Source: Pseudovirgaria hyperparasitica (taxonomy: Eukaryota). Taken from it: a DNA stretch of 64,000 nt. How positions within the stretch are numbered: position 1 is the first letter of the stretch; each line of letters starts with the position of its first letter. The DNA is taken from NCBI GenBank assembly GCA_010093815.1, contig ML996569.1; one strand, written 5' to 3'. Below are positions 37,688 to 49,552 of the stretch, piece after piece. A program made the translations under genes and the position numbers. A model generated the notes under the pieces. The model was not told the origin of the DNA. It searched no databases and saw nothing but the letters and a program-made list of their open reading frames with translations.

Positions 37688-38693
37688 ATGCCCGCAGCAA
37701 CAACCACAAACATCCTCATTATCGGCGGCACTGGAGCCATTGGAAAACCTATCACTGGCGCAATTCTTGACTCCAAGAAAGACTTTGGTCGCGTCGCGCT
37801 CTTTACCTCAGAAAGAACAGTGAAAGACAAGTCCGACCTGCTTGAACCATGGAAGGCACGAGGTCTTGAACTCATAACTGGCGACATCACGAAAGATGAC
37901 GATATTCTCGATGCATACAAAGGTTAGTATATCACAAAATACGGATATGGTCCTCTGACGTTCGACCACAGGCTTCGACACAGTCGTCTCAGCCGTCGGC
38001 CGGAACGTGATCGATTCCCAAATCAACCTCATCCGCCTCGCTGAACAGTCGAGCAGCATAAACCGCTTCTTCCCATCCGAATACGGTACCGACATCGAGT
38101 ACTTCCCGCACTCGAACACGGAAAAACCGCACCAGCTCAAATTGAAAGTGCGCAAATACATCAAGGACAACGTCAAGAGGCTGGAATACACCTACCTTGT
38201 CACCGGGCCTTATGCAGACTTCTACATTGGTCGGGGACCCAAAGATGCCGGCGACTTTGATGTCGTAGCAAAAGAAGCCACTTTGCTAGGCGACGGCCAA
38301 GGGCGAATTAGTCTTACGACGATGGCGGATGTCGGAAAACTGCTCGTTGCGGCGCTCAAGCATCCCGAGGAGAGTAAGAACCGGGCCTTGAAGGTCAATT
38401 CATTCACAACCAGTCCGGCTGAAATACTGAATGAGTACGTGACTCAGACAGGCGCAAATTGGAACTCGAGCCTCATTCCGCTGGAGAAGCTGAAGGCGAC
38501 TGAGGAGAAGGCGTGGGCAGATGGCGATCCGAAAGCGACGGTGTATACGCTGCGACGGATTTGGACTGAAGGAGGTACGTTGTATGAGGAGAGGGATAAC
38601 AATAAGATTGAGGCGCCGCAGATGGACAATTTGGAGACGATGGTAAAGATGCAGATTGCGCAGCAGTCGGCGAGTGGTTCAACAACGACGTAG
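37688..38693 (+). CDS. NmrA-like/isoflavone reductase-family NAD(P)-binding oxidoreductase
   Basis: Rossmann motif [27 protein letters not shown]; one intron at ~37923-37971. Confidence 0.9.
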
Positions 38694-39229
38694 TCGCACA
38701 ATATGCTGGGCCATATGAAGTGCGACATACACTGATCTTCTGTCACAAGAACCATTTCACAAGCAATTGGAATTCTGTGTTTGTGCCGCAATCTTCAGGC
38801 CCCACTATGATGGTCGGATACCAAACACTGGACAGTGGCGCTGCATTTCCCCACTCGTGTGACATCACAGACAGACCGTACAGCTCGGAAAACTGCTCCC
38901 TCTTCTCAATAGGGTTGCGTGTGAATGAAGTGTTTGATCTATTATCTCCGTTAACTACGCCGGGGTTAAGCACCTATTTCGGAGCCAGCATCACAGTGGC
39001 CATGCCTTTCACAGGGTGCTCAATTCTAAACAGCAACGGCAACTTGGCAAGAATTAGCAGTCCCATGTACAATCCCTGCTGACGTTGCTGTAACGTCACA
39101 TATCCGAGTAATGCATCAGATGATGTGGGCATATATAGAGCCCGACATCTGCCCTGCCGGATCGTTCATCCCCAACCAGATATCAACAAGCCACCTCAGG
39201 CCTCCAAGAAATATCATCGGCATATCATC

Positions 39230-40474
39230 ATGTCTCACACGTTCCAGCCTGCACCAGAGCCTCCGTCGGAGCTTGGTCGCTACCGCATCCTCTCCTCCAC
39301 CGCCGGCGTGCGGGTGTCTCCCCTCGCCATTGGAGCCATGTCCATCGGTAAGGCATGGGAAAAGCAGATGGGAAGGTAAGTATTCGTAACGACTTGGAAG
39401 GCTATAGCTGACGTTTTTAAAGCATGAGCAAAGAAGCTTCCTACAAACTTTTCGACCACTATGTCGCCAAAGGAGGTAACTTCATTGACACGGGTAAGTA
39501 GGGCTCTCTGCGGCAATCGTCACGAAGCTAACATCTGCTCAGCCAACAACTACCAAGACGAGGAGTCTGAAGAATGGATTGGCGACTGGATGGCCGAACG
39601 AGAGATTCGCGATCAAATGTTCATTGCCACGAAGTACACCACCGACTTTCGAGGCTACAAGATCGGCAAAGGTAACAGTGCAAACTACTCGGGCAACCAC
39701 AGAAAGTCACTGCACTTGTCCGTCCGCGAGTCACTCAAGAAGTTGAAGACGGACTACATCGACCTCCTCTACCTACATTGGTGGGACTGGACCACATCAA
39801 TCCCCGAGATCATGGACTCGTTACACATGCTCGTAGAGCAAGGTAAAGTGCTATATCTTGGTATCTCCGACACACCTGCATGGGTCGTCAGCGCGTGCAA
39901 CGAGTATGCGAAAGCAAATGCAAAGACGCCCTTCTCCGTTTACCAAGGACGATGGAATATCCTAGCACGAGATTTCGAGCGCGATATTATTCCCATGGCG
40001 CGTCACTATGGCATGGCGCTGTGCCCTTGGGACGTTATCGGAGGCGGCCGCTTCAAGTCGTCAAAGCAGATGGAGGAGCTCGAAAAGTCCGGCTCAAAGA
40101 TCCGCAGCTTTGTCGGCGGCGAGCAAACAGAGGAAGAAGCCAAGGCGTCAGCCACTCTAGAGAAGATTGGAAATGAGCTTGGTGCCAGTCTCTCGGCCGT
40201 TGCGCTTGCGTACACAATGCAGAAGACGCGCGGTGTATTCCCACTGGTGGGCGGGCGCAAGACGGAGCATCTGGATGATAATATCAAGGCGCTGAGCTTG
40301 CATCTGAGTGACGCGCAGATCGAGGAGATTGAAAAGGTGAAGCCGTTTGATCTTGGTTTCCCAATGAGCTTTATCTCGGACGATCCGACTGAGACGGGCG
40401 TGTCGCCAATGTTGGTCGCTGCGTCTGCTCAGATTGCGTGGCAGCCAAAATCGAAGCCGATTGGACATCAATAG
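39230..40474 (+). CDS. Aryl-alcohol dehydrogenase / NorA-like aldo-keto reductase
   Basis: [14 protein letters not shown]...[24 protein letters not shown] (after splicing introns ~39376-39422 and ~39494-39542), [16 protein letters not shown] and LGISDTPAW. Confidence 0.92.
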
Positions 40475-41098
40475 ATAATATAGACGATAGTGAGGGCATG
40501 AGGATGGTGTTGAGTTGTATGCTACATCTGACAAAGAGAAGTGATCGACATAGATATCCTATTTCGCTCCCTTTCGCATCCTGCTTCGCAGCTGTTCTGC
40601 ACTCATTGCTGAATGCGTCCCGACTAGCCACATCATCACGACCAACGTCGCAATCCTCTCGATTAACAGTCTCCTGATATCTCACCCTTGCAATGAAGCA
40701 TGAAGCACGTCCCCTGTCAACACCCGGACCCGGACTCCTGCCCCTGACGCACGACGCAGCGACCTAATCCATATCTATCCATGTACCCCACATAATCAAC
40801 ACACTATATCACACCAACCGGACAGCTCTATCAATCCATTCATGCGGGGCAGTTGATCGACCGCTCAGCGCAAACAGACCCCGCAGTCCCAACCAGTCGT
40901 CCGAGGTCCCCTCTCCTCCCCTCTCCGGAGGTCATCAAAAACATAAAGATCCCCCAACCAGCCCCCATGTCCACAACCCCTACACTACACATAAACTCAG
41001 ACACTCGCGAAACATAGAGGCACAAACACCACGAGACGAAAGACGAAGACGAGCACAACACACCACAGCACAGCTCATCACACCACGACACAAGAGCC

Positions 41099-41576
41099 AT
41101 GGCCAGCACTACCTCCCCAAACACCAGCCAAGCAACGGTGCTGTACCCCAACACTGACGCCAGCACCTTCGATCTCGAGTACTACCTCAAGACGCACATG
41201 CCACTTGTCGACGAGCATTGGGGACCGAAAGGGTTGAAGGGCTGGACGATTACAAAATATGTCACGTATGTTGTTTTGGTTTTTATATACAAGCATATAC
41301 ATCCATACACATACACACATCCCCTTCCCTTCCACAAAGTGTTATATATACAAATACAACGGTAAATATGTATCTAACAAAAACAACAGCGCAGACGGCA
41401 ATGAGCCCAAATTCTCCATCGCCGCCGTGCTCACCTGGGAGAGTGATGCGCATGCGCTTGATGCACTGAAGAGTGAGGCAGCAAAGATTGTGCTTGGCGA
41501 TATTCCAAAGTTTAGTAATGTCGAGCCGGTGGTTATGTTGGGGAGTGTTATTGCGGCGAAGGGGAGTATGTCGTAG
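41099..41576 (+). CDS. EthD-like dimeric alpha-beta barrel protein
   Basis: TVLYPN...FDLEYYLKTHMPLV...WG, intron 41266-41389, then GDIPKFSNVEPV; about 117 aa. Confidence 0.85.
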
Positions 41577-42131
41577 GGGGAATAGGACAGAGTAAAATAG
41601 GTTGGGGTAGGATGGTATGTCGCAGTAATGCGAGATTATTTTTTGGTGTGAAAGTTGTGTGGTTGTTTGTTCTTTTGTGAGCTGCGTGATGTGTATGTCT
41701 GGTGTGATTGTGGGTGATGGTAATGGAGACGATAGAACTGGTCCTGGAAGGTAAGGAGATAGATAGGTAAGGGTACCCGGCAGTTTTTGCCTCGACCGGC
41801 CGGCGACTTTCTTGGAGCTGATGCTTGGACGATATGAATGATGTTGTTGGTGACGTCGAAGACTGTGTTAGGCTAGGTTCCCATGACCTGGCTGAGATGT
41901 ATATTGTCGTGTGTTGCAAGGTTTGAGATAAGACGGCCAGTGACCAGTATAGGCATCCTTGGCCATGATGCAAGCGTTCTGGTGCCAGAGCACCGGGTCG
42001 GCGTTCTTCTCGGTGTGTCGCAATTCACAAGGCTGTGCCGCGTCTGCGATATACGCATCCCCAAATGATCCAGACACAACAAGGATACCAAAAATGCCAT
42101 GGATCGCCCAAAAGGGCTCTCGCACAACCCA

Positions 42132-44628
42132 TCAGTGACACATCGCATTCCAGTCCCCAACGACCTGTTCCATATCCTTCGCAATCCCCCACTGCGTCCC
42201 CAGGCAGCCGAACAGTTTCTGCAGCGAATTCAGCTCATACCGCACATTGCGCATGCCCCCAACCGCCCCATACCCAACCCCCTGCGGCAAGCCCCCGAGC
42301 ACAAACCGCGTCGTCTCCGACGTAATCGGCGTCCCGGACAGCTCGGCCAGCTGCACAGCCGCGTCGTCGACCTCATCCAGCGCATCCTTCCAGTCCGTCA
42401 CGCACGGCAGCCGCACCGTGATGACGCCCGCGATCGCAAACACGCAGTACACCGTCGCGGCCGCGAGCAGCGCCGACGGCATGTGAATGGCGTGAGCGCG
42501 CCCGCGCGGCAGCTGCTCGACGATATCTTGGATCGCGGCGGCGTGCAGCAGGGCGCGGCGGCCATCGGACGAGTGCGCCCAGGCGATCAGGTCGAGGTCG
42601 CGGTGCGGGCTCTTGGGCGTGGACCAGACGTGCTGGGTGATGTTCTGGCGCACGCACACGAAGCGGCAGAGGATGGACGAAGGGGTAATGAGGTCGAGGC
42701 AGATGGAGTGCCAGCGTAGACACGTCTCCATCTTCTCGGCGGGGGCGGCGAGGAAGTTTGTGGCGATGCTGGCGTAGAGCCGGGTCAGGGCGCGGCGGAT
42801 TTCGTATTTGGAGGGCACGCCGAGGGGGGATTGGGATGTGTCGTGTGGGGACTCGGCGGCGAGGGATTGGAGGCCTTCGAGGAGGACGCGAAGGGTGAAG
42901 GTGGAGAGGGTGGAACTGAGGTCGGAGTAGCGCGTGTTGTCGTGGGCGAAGAGGAGGTTGTAGATGGAGGAGAAGGTGGTTGTTGGTGGGAGGGTCTGCT
43001 GTGAGTACATTCGTACAAGCCATTCGTCCGCGCTACCGGCTTCGAATAGGAGGTCTGCGTTCGGGAGTTGGAGCTGGTTTGCGACGTGTCGGACCGCTGT
43101 CGACTCGCCCAGCATGTGTGACTTGATGCCATCCAGTATGTAGTGAGCCAGAATCGCGCGTCTTTGGATCTCCAGAGCTGTCCAGAGCTTGAATTGGTTC
43201 TCCTTCTCTTCCTTTGTTGAATCGGCGGTCGGGAGGTTGGCGATGTCGTAAGGTCTACAATCTAGCATTCCCGAATGGCTTGCGCAGAAGAAGCCAAGGG
43301 AGTGGAATGCCTGCGCTGTCGTCCGGATCTGGCGGTTCTGCAGGGATCTTAGCGATTGTCCTTGTAATGAATCATACCATAGGCCTCATATCTGCGCGAT
43401 ATTTATACCAGAGTGGTGGAGTTCGCAACTAAATCAATGATAGGGTATGCTTGCTCACCTTGGACAACAGACCATACATCTTACCCAGGAGCATGCCAAT
43501 GAGTAGCTGAACGCCTGGGCATGGGTCGTACGGCCCTTGATGCTTCAAGAGGCTCTGCCATGATGTTGCAATCGCTGTGTGGGCCAGCCGCCAGAGGGCT
43601 TCTCCCTTTGCTATTGAATCCTTAGGCCCCAAGTACAACGACCCGATAGCGATGGCGTTCAAAAGTAAGGGGTGTAGACAGTCCTTAAACACAAACGTGC
43701 TTCTGTGTAACACAGGAAATGTGGGTACGAACTTGACGAAAAACATGTGGAGACTCTCATCGAGAAAAGTCGAATCAATCGAGGTAGGTCCAGCCTGCAT
43801 CGTGACACTCGACGACAGATTCGAGATCATGTCGCTCACACCTTGTACAGCTTGATTGCCTCCGCCTCCGCTGGTGACGGGACCGGTGGGCCCAGGAGCT
43901 CCTGCTGATCCATGATAGCGTTGGCTACTCGCTTCAGCTGGATGTGAGTTGCCATAGCTGTTTGTGTCGAACGGTAAAGGCAGCGAGTGTCCCGGCATTT
44001 GCCAGTCCGAGATATGCTGCGAGTTGATGCTCTGGAACAGATCTTCTGCGTCTGGCCAGATCAACTCAAAGTCTAGCTCCGGCCACTGCTGTGTGACTTC
44101 CGAGTCAAAGTTCGGCTGCTGCTGGTGTTGCAGAGTCGGATTTGGCGGATTCGGGATTTCCGAGCTGTAGCTTTCGCGCGAGCTGGACTGGATACTCTCG
44201 GGTGTTGCGGGCTTGTCTTTGTCTCTTGGATCAACTGGGGACAGTGGCTGCGAACCGTGGACTGATGGACGTGAATGCAGTTTCTCATGTCGCATCAGCG
44301 AGTCCTGTCGATTAAAGGCGCGTTTGCATTGTTTGCAGGAGAACGGTTTCGAGCCAGTGTCTACGCAAACTTAGTTCGGAATTCTTTTTTCGATCAGCGT
44401 CTTCACGAGTGAGGACACAGCTAGAGTGCCGATGTGTTTATATCTTGCACGTTTGATCAAGACTGCCATATTGGACAATTTTCTTCACGATCAGGGGAGT
44501 TTGCTTACGGGTTCGCTCGTGTCTCTACGAAGCTCGTCAGTGGTCGTTCCCAGGCTCAGGAAATCCGCGATACTTGCCCTTAGGTGCTCGCCCTTGCTAA
44601 ATGAGCGATTACAGAAACGGCATTGCAT
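42132..44628 (-). CDS. C2H2 zinc-finger transcription factor with fungal-specific TF domain
   Basis: Exons 44628-44578, 44524-44509, 44360-43459 and 43337-42132 give MQCRFCNRSFSKGEHLRRHERTHTGSKPFSCKQCKRAFNRQDSLMRHEKLH, then FVPTFPVLHRSTF and GRRALLHA motifs. Confidence 0.88.
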
Positions 44629-45597
44629 GATTGCAGTAGGGGATGGAAATTGACAATGTGGAAAGTGAGTGTGGGACGGAGGGAGGAGGGGACAAGGGGA
44701 GCGTGTGGGGATGCAGCGACTATAAAGAGCTGCTCGCCTGTGGACCGAAACGCGCGGCCGGCACGAACTGCGGCTCCACCCTGCTGTTGAAAAACAACAT
44801 ACCTATAAATGGCGACACGCAAGTCCGTATGTAATCCTGAATGGTTTACATATGCATCAGTTCACCTCATGGCAGGCTGGCTATGTATCGATTCGTCATC
44901 AACCCAATATTATTATCTGATACAGACCGCGGCTCAATTCGTCCCTATCGGATCTTCCTCCGAGCTACCCCTATACACATATTTCCAGATGATATTGTGA
45001 TGGATGTACAACTCGATCATACCTTGTGAAAGCTCTAGTGGTCTTTCATTGCCGAGGAACATTCATGATGACTTCTTTTTATTGACATCAAACCATGTCA
45101 CAGGCTATTTGACTGTTGAGAAAAAAAGGTCTCATGTGGAGATCGTGGGGCGCTATGTCCGATCAGGAAACAGACTTTAGAGCTCAGACCGTGGGGACAT
45201 CCGTCCAATTTCTTTGATGTATAAGACTAGAATCCTCCGGCAAAAGGCCCGATGCATCATAGCATACGAATCCGGCGGGTCACTCACATGGTCACTCGCA
45301 ACTGGTGGTCTAATCTCGTGTTTGATTCGAGACGGAGGTTGTTTGAAGATACAAAAAGTTGGAACAGTCCAACGAGATATTCTTTGATGCGATGGTTATG
45401 ATATCAATGGGTTTGTTGCTACAAGACCAGGCTAACACTACTTTACAATTCAGTATTTACACTTCTTGGGTCACATGATGGCAGCCTGACTCTTTACCGA
45501 CTCCGGTATAGACGGCTCATACTACTACAACATACGACTTTGACAGGCCTCTCAGCATACCGTCGCATATCCTAAAGCATCCTTCCCCTAACAGGCA

Positions 45598-47619
45598 TCA
45601 AACCTCCACTATTGGGCCCCTGTACGCTTTGTGGGCGTATACAACATAATATACAGTGCTGAAGATCATAGTTCCGCCCAGCATTAGACAGCTGTAGTTC
45701 ATTGTGTTGGCCGCCACGGGGGTCTGCGACGGCCAGAAAGAGAAGAAAAAGACGACTCCGATGTATGCAACGCAAAATATATTGTTCAAAGTGCCACCAA
45801 GGTTGTTGAAGCGCCATGGTCCCCACGTGAGCTTCGAGCCAGGAATGTTGATGAGGCCGGGGTCCGTAGTGAGCTTGTTGGGCGAATATATGTCGCCTCG
45901 TAGTCTGCGCCAGAGAAATAGTGCCGTGACTATGAGGTAGGAAGCGAATATGGCCGCGACTGCGAGGGAGACTATGTGTGTGAATACGATGGTAGATCCG
46001 AGGATGATGAGCGCTTGGAGACACGCTAGAATGGCAGTGGTTGCTACAGCAGGCAGGGGAATAGAGGTGCGAGGGTTGATCTGTGATGTTAATCAGTGGC
46101 TGATTCAGACGAACCGAAGCATAGTCTTGCTTACATGCTCTAAGTACCTCCATCCTGGAATCATTCGATCTCGAGAAAACGACCAGAGTAGACGCGACGC
46201 AGATGCCATTATTCCCACCAGAGCATGGAGCATCATGAGCGCAATCAAAGACGACATGGCCGCAGCCCCAGCTCTCGACTTGACAGCTAGTAAGAAGATT
46301 TCCATAAATCCATAGCCTGTAGGGCTCGTCAATTCAACCTCGCCGATGCAGAAGAGTGCCGCAATCGCAATGGCAAATCCTAGAGATCCGTTGATCCCTA
46401 TCGCTGTCAAAATCGAACGTGGAACGACTATTTGCGCATTCTTAATCTCTTCGCACATCTGCACAAATGTGAGTTATAATCACAAGATATAGGCACTACT
46501 TACGTGTATGGCTCCGTCAGCACCTAAACACTATCAGTATTATCAACCATTGAAATGCACTCTTGACTTACCAAAGAACGCAAAGACATTACCCATAAGA
46601 CCAACAAAAAATGACACTCCCTGGGTAGGCCAATTACCCCCATTTTTAAATGTCAGGAAGACATCCGATGCCGATCCGTGAGGGCCCATGATTACCAGTG
46701 GTATTAGAATCGCGAAAAATCCGGCACTATGTAGGATGAATGTAGAGCTCTCAAATTTGGGTAGAATGCCAGCTGGAGCGGTGTTGATGACCAAGGAATA
46801 CAGTATGCATCCGAAGTATAGTAATACAGCATGCCACGTCTTTGGCGCGTAGGAGGTCGGACTACTCAAGATTATGATACCTTGTATCATCGTGGCTGCG
46901 AGGTTGGCTGTAGAGGCAACAACAGTTTGCCATCCTAGCACGGTAAGCCATCCTAGAATTTGATCAGCAGCTATCGTAAATGGCATATCCATCTGCGGCC
47001 AAGTACCTGTGGTGTAGCTCAAGAACTGCTGGCAGCTCTCAGGGGCAAGCATTGCGACCCAGTGATACTGTCCACCAGATGTGGGCGCCCTGAATATCGT
47101 TGAGCATTGGTTCTCCGAAAGGAGCATTTCTTGTCGTAATCTTACATTGAAGCCATTTCAGAGAGCGTAACGAAGGTCGAGAATGTCCCAGCCCACACAA
47201 GAAGGTAGCCATATATAACTCCCGCAGGCCCTCCACTAGTATGCGTCTCAGCAGGTGATGACTGGTTCTCGCATATGCCACTCACTTCGCGTATCCTGTA
47301 TTGAAAAGACTGCACAAAGAGTCAGTCTCAAGTTTCAAAACACAATCTCAGTGATAATGCTAGACTGACGCTAGAAAGCCCTCCCATGTGATCAATATAG
47401 TGCATGAAAATCCCAAGATAGACATAAAACCAAACTTCCTCTGTCGATCGTGTCAGTACCTCTCTACTATCCAATGTGACCGGTGATTCGAACCTTCAGC
47501 ACAGCCTTTTTTCCCAGGCGAGTAAGGGCAGCATTATCCCGAACATCCAGAGACAATGGTACATATTCTCTTTCATCACCGGAACCTTTCTGCAGCTGTC
47601 CGCCAGGTACATCCGCCAT
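45598..47619 (-). CDS. APC-superfamily amino acid/choline/GABA permease
   Basis: Multi-intron gene. LTRLGKKAVL, RKFGFMSILGFS, APTSGGQYHWVAML, MCEEIKNA...VPRSI, ASRLLWSFSRD and MNYSCLM...YRGP. Confidence 0.88.
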
Positions 47620-48289
47620 CTTGCCTTGCGGTCGTGCAAATCCAGAAAGAAAGGAAGACAGCCTCAAAGCCTTGCGTAAGAAATGAACGAACTCGTAGCC
47701 TGGAATGTAAGCAATAATGCCAGGGTAGGACCGCAAAAGCGGGGATACCCAGATTATACTGCGTCGAAGGGTCGTGGAAAAGGTCGGCGAACCCGATGGG
47801 CCCTTTTTTGTGACGAGGGTAGAGATGACGCACAGATCTTGTGCAGGGCCACCTTTACAAGTCAAACCGACTAGAATACTACAGTGCGCGGAGTGTGAGT
47901 CCGTGCCACAGTTGAACAAGGGATTAAATATCACGCCACCCACGATCGGAGGCGAAGACCACTTCATATCTTAGCCCATCTCTGCAATATTCAACAGCTT
48001 CCTATTCTGACTTGGATGTTAGTGATGCCACAATCGCTTCACGGGGCTGAATACAGTCCCGTCTGCCATGAAACCACAGGGTTATCAGGCATCAGTATAC
48101 TGGTATCGTGAGCCTTATAGGTAACATACTTTGAAGGATTTGAATTTTATCATTTTTCTGCGAAAGCTACTCATTGAATTGTTCTCATGGGCGCATTGAA
48201 TCTGTGATGAAATGAATGCTCACATAACAATATCAGTCAAAGCCTGAGAATCAAGTAGAAAATGCGTGATTCATTATTCATTATAATAA

Positions 48290-49552
48290 CTAGCATGACC
48301 TCTCCACACGATCTCGAGTAGCTTCTACCCCGACGGAGCTGTGGTTAGTCTGTCTACTAATAGAGGTTTTGCTGAGATAATCCATTTCAAGCACTGTATC
48401 ATGCGTGTTTGAGTGATTCGCGTGCTTGTTTACAATCTGCTGCGACCAAACACCATAACTTTTACTGATTTGTGAAGGAGCAGATCTACTTAGTCGACTC
48501 TCGCCTCTCCGCCTCGCATCATCCACCCGTATGAAGCCCGACTCTAGACTTGTGACAAAAGGCCGTAGATATACGACACAGGTCGAGACGATGCAGGTGA
48601 ATTGTGCGAATTGCTGGCAGACTATCACTGGCCAGAAGGTGTAAAGACGATCACCTTGATAGTCAACCCGTCCAAGGCAGACTATCTCCGCGATGAGAGA
48701 TCCTATAACACTACCTAGGGTTAGAATGCTCGTTGAGCGATTTGCGTTTGTGAGGTCTGACCTGGTTCTGCAGAAGAAGGTTGAAGCTAGCGAGATTCGC
48801 TTCTTCGTAGGCATGTTTAGTTGAGCTATGATGGGGCATGGGAGGATCATTAATGCTACTTCCGTGAAAATATTAGCTGTTTCTATGTAGACTCGTGCTG
48901 CATACTGGCTACATATCAGTGTCTGTAGAGCCTTCTATAAGGTTTGGACCTACGCTGTTGATACATTTCCCATCAATGTAATCCCAACTTCGAGGTGGAT
49001 CACACTCAAATGCAAGAACCAGCCCTGATGTCAGAGCCCATATGGCGACAAATACTGCAGTGGCAACAGCATAATGACGAGCATGGGCCTTGGGGGTCAA
49101 CGAATAGATCATGGCCGCCATAGATAGTTTCGCAAAACAGAGGCTGACAATATACAGCAAGCCTGCTACATACTGGGTCTGGTCAAATTAGCTGATGGGC
49201 AACGCAGTTTGCGATGTCTTATCCATCGACATGTACGCATACCTGAAGCTGTGTAGACATGGCTGCAGGGTCCACTGCTGCATGAGGCTGACCAAAGCCA
49301 TTGTGTGTCGATTCGAAGACCAATGCTGTTTGTGCTATAGCGAACACCTTCCTGATGTCAGATGGATTCTTTTACACTGACAGGTCATGAACTCACAGAG
49401 CTGATAATAATGAAGTAATCATCGGTATCGAAATGACGAAATTTGTAGAGTCTTGAGACTATCCGAATCGCTAAAGTGACGAATGTCCAAGAAAGAAGCA
49501 TCCAGCTCAGAATACCAACAAGTGGTCCATAGTTCGGCTCAATATCTGCCAT
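48290..49552 (-). CDS. Pth11-like (fungal rhodopsin-domain) integral membrane protein without CFEM
   Basis: Start MADIEPNYGPLVGILSWML...DTDDY; LYIVSLCFAKLS; AFECDPPRSWD; ILPCPIIAQLNMP; CVVYLRPF...LESGF. Several GT-AG introns; exact boundaries are approximate. Confidence 0.8.
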
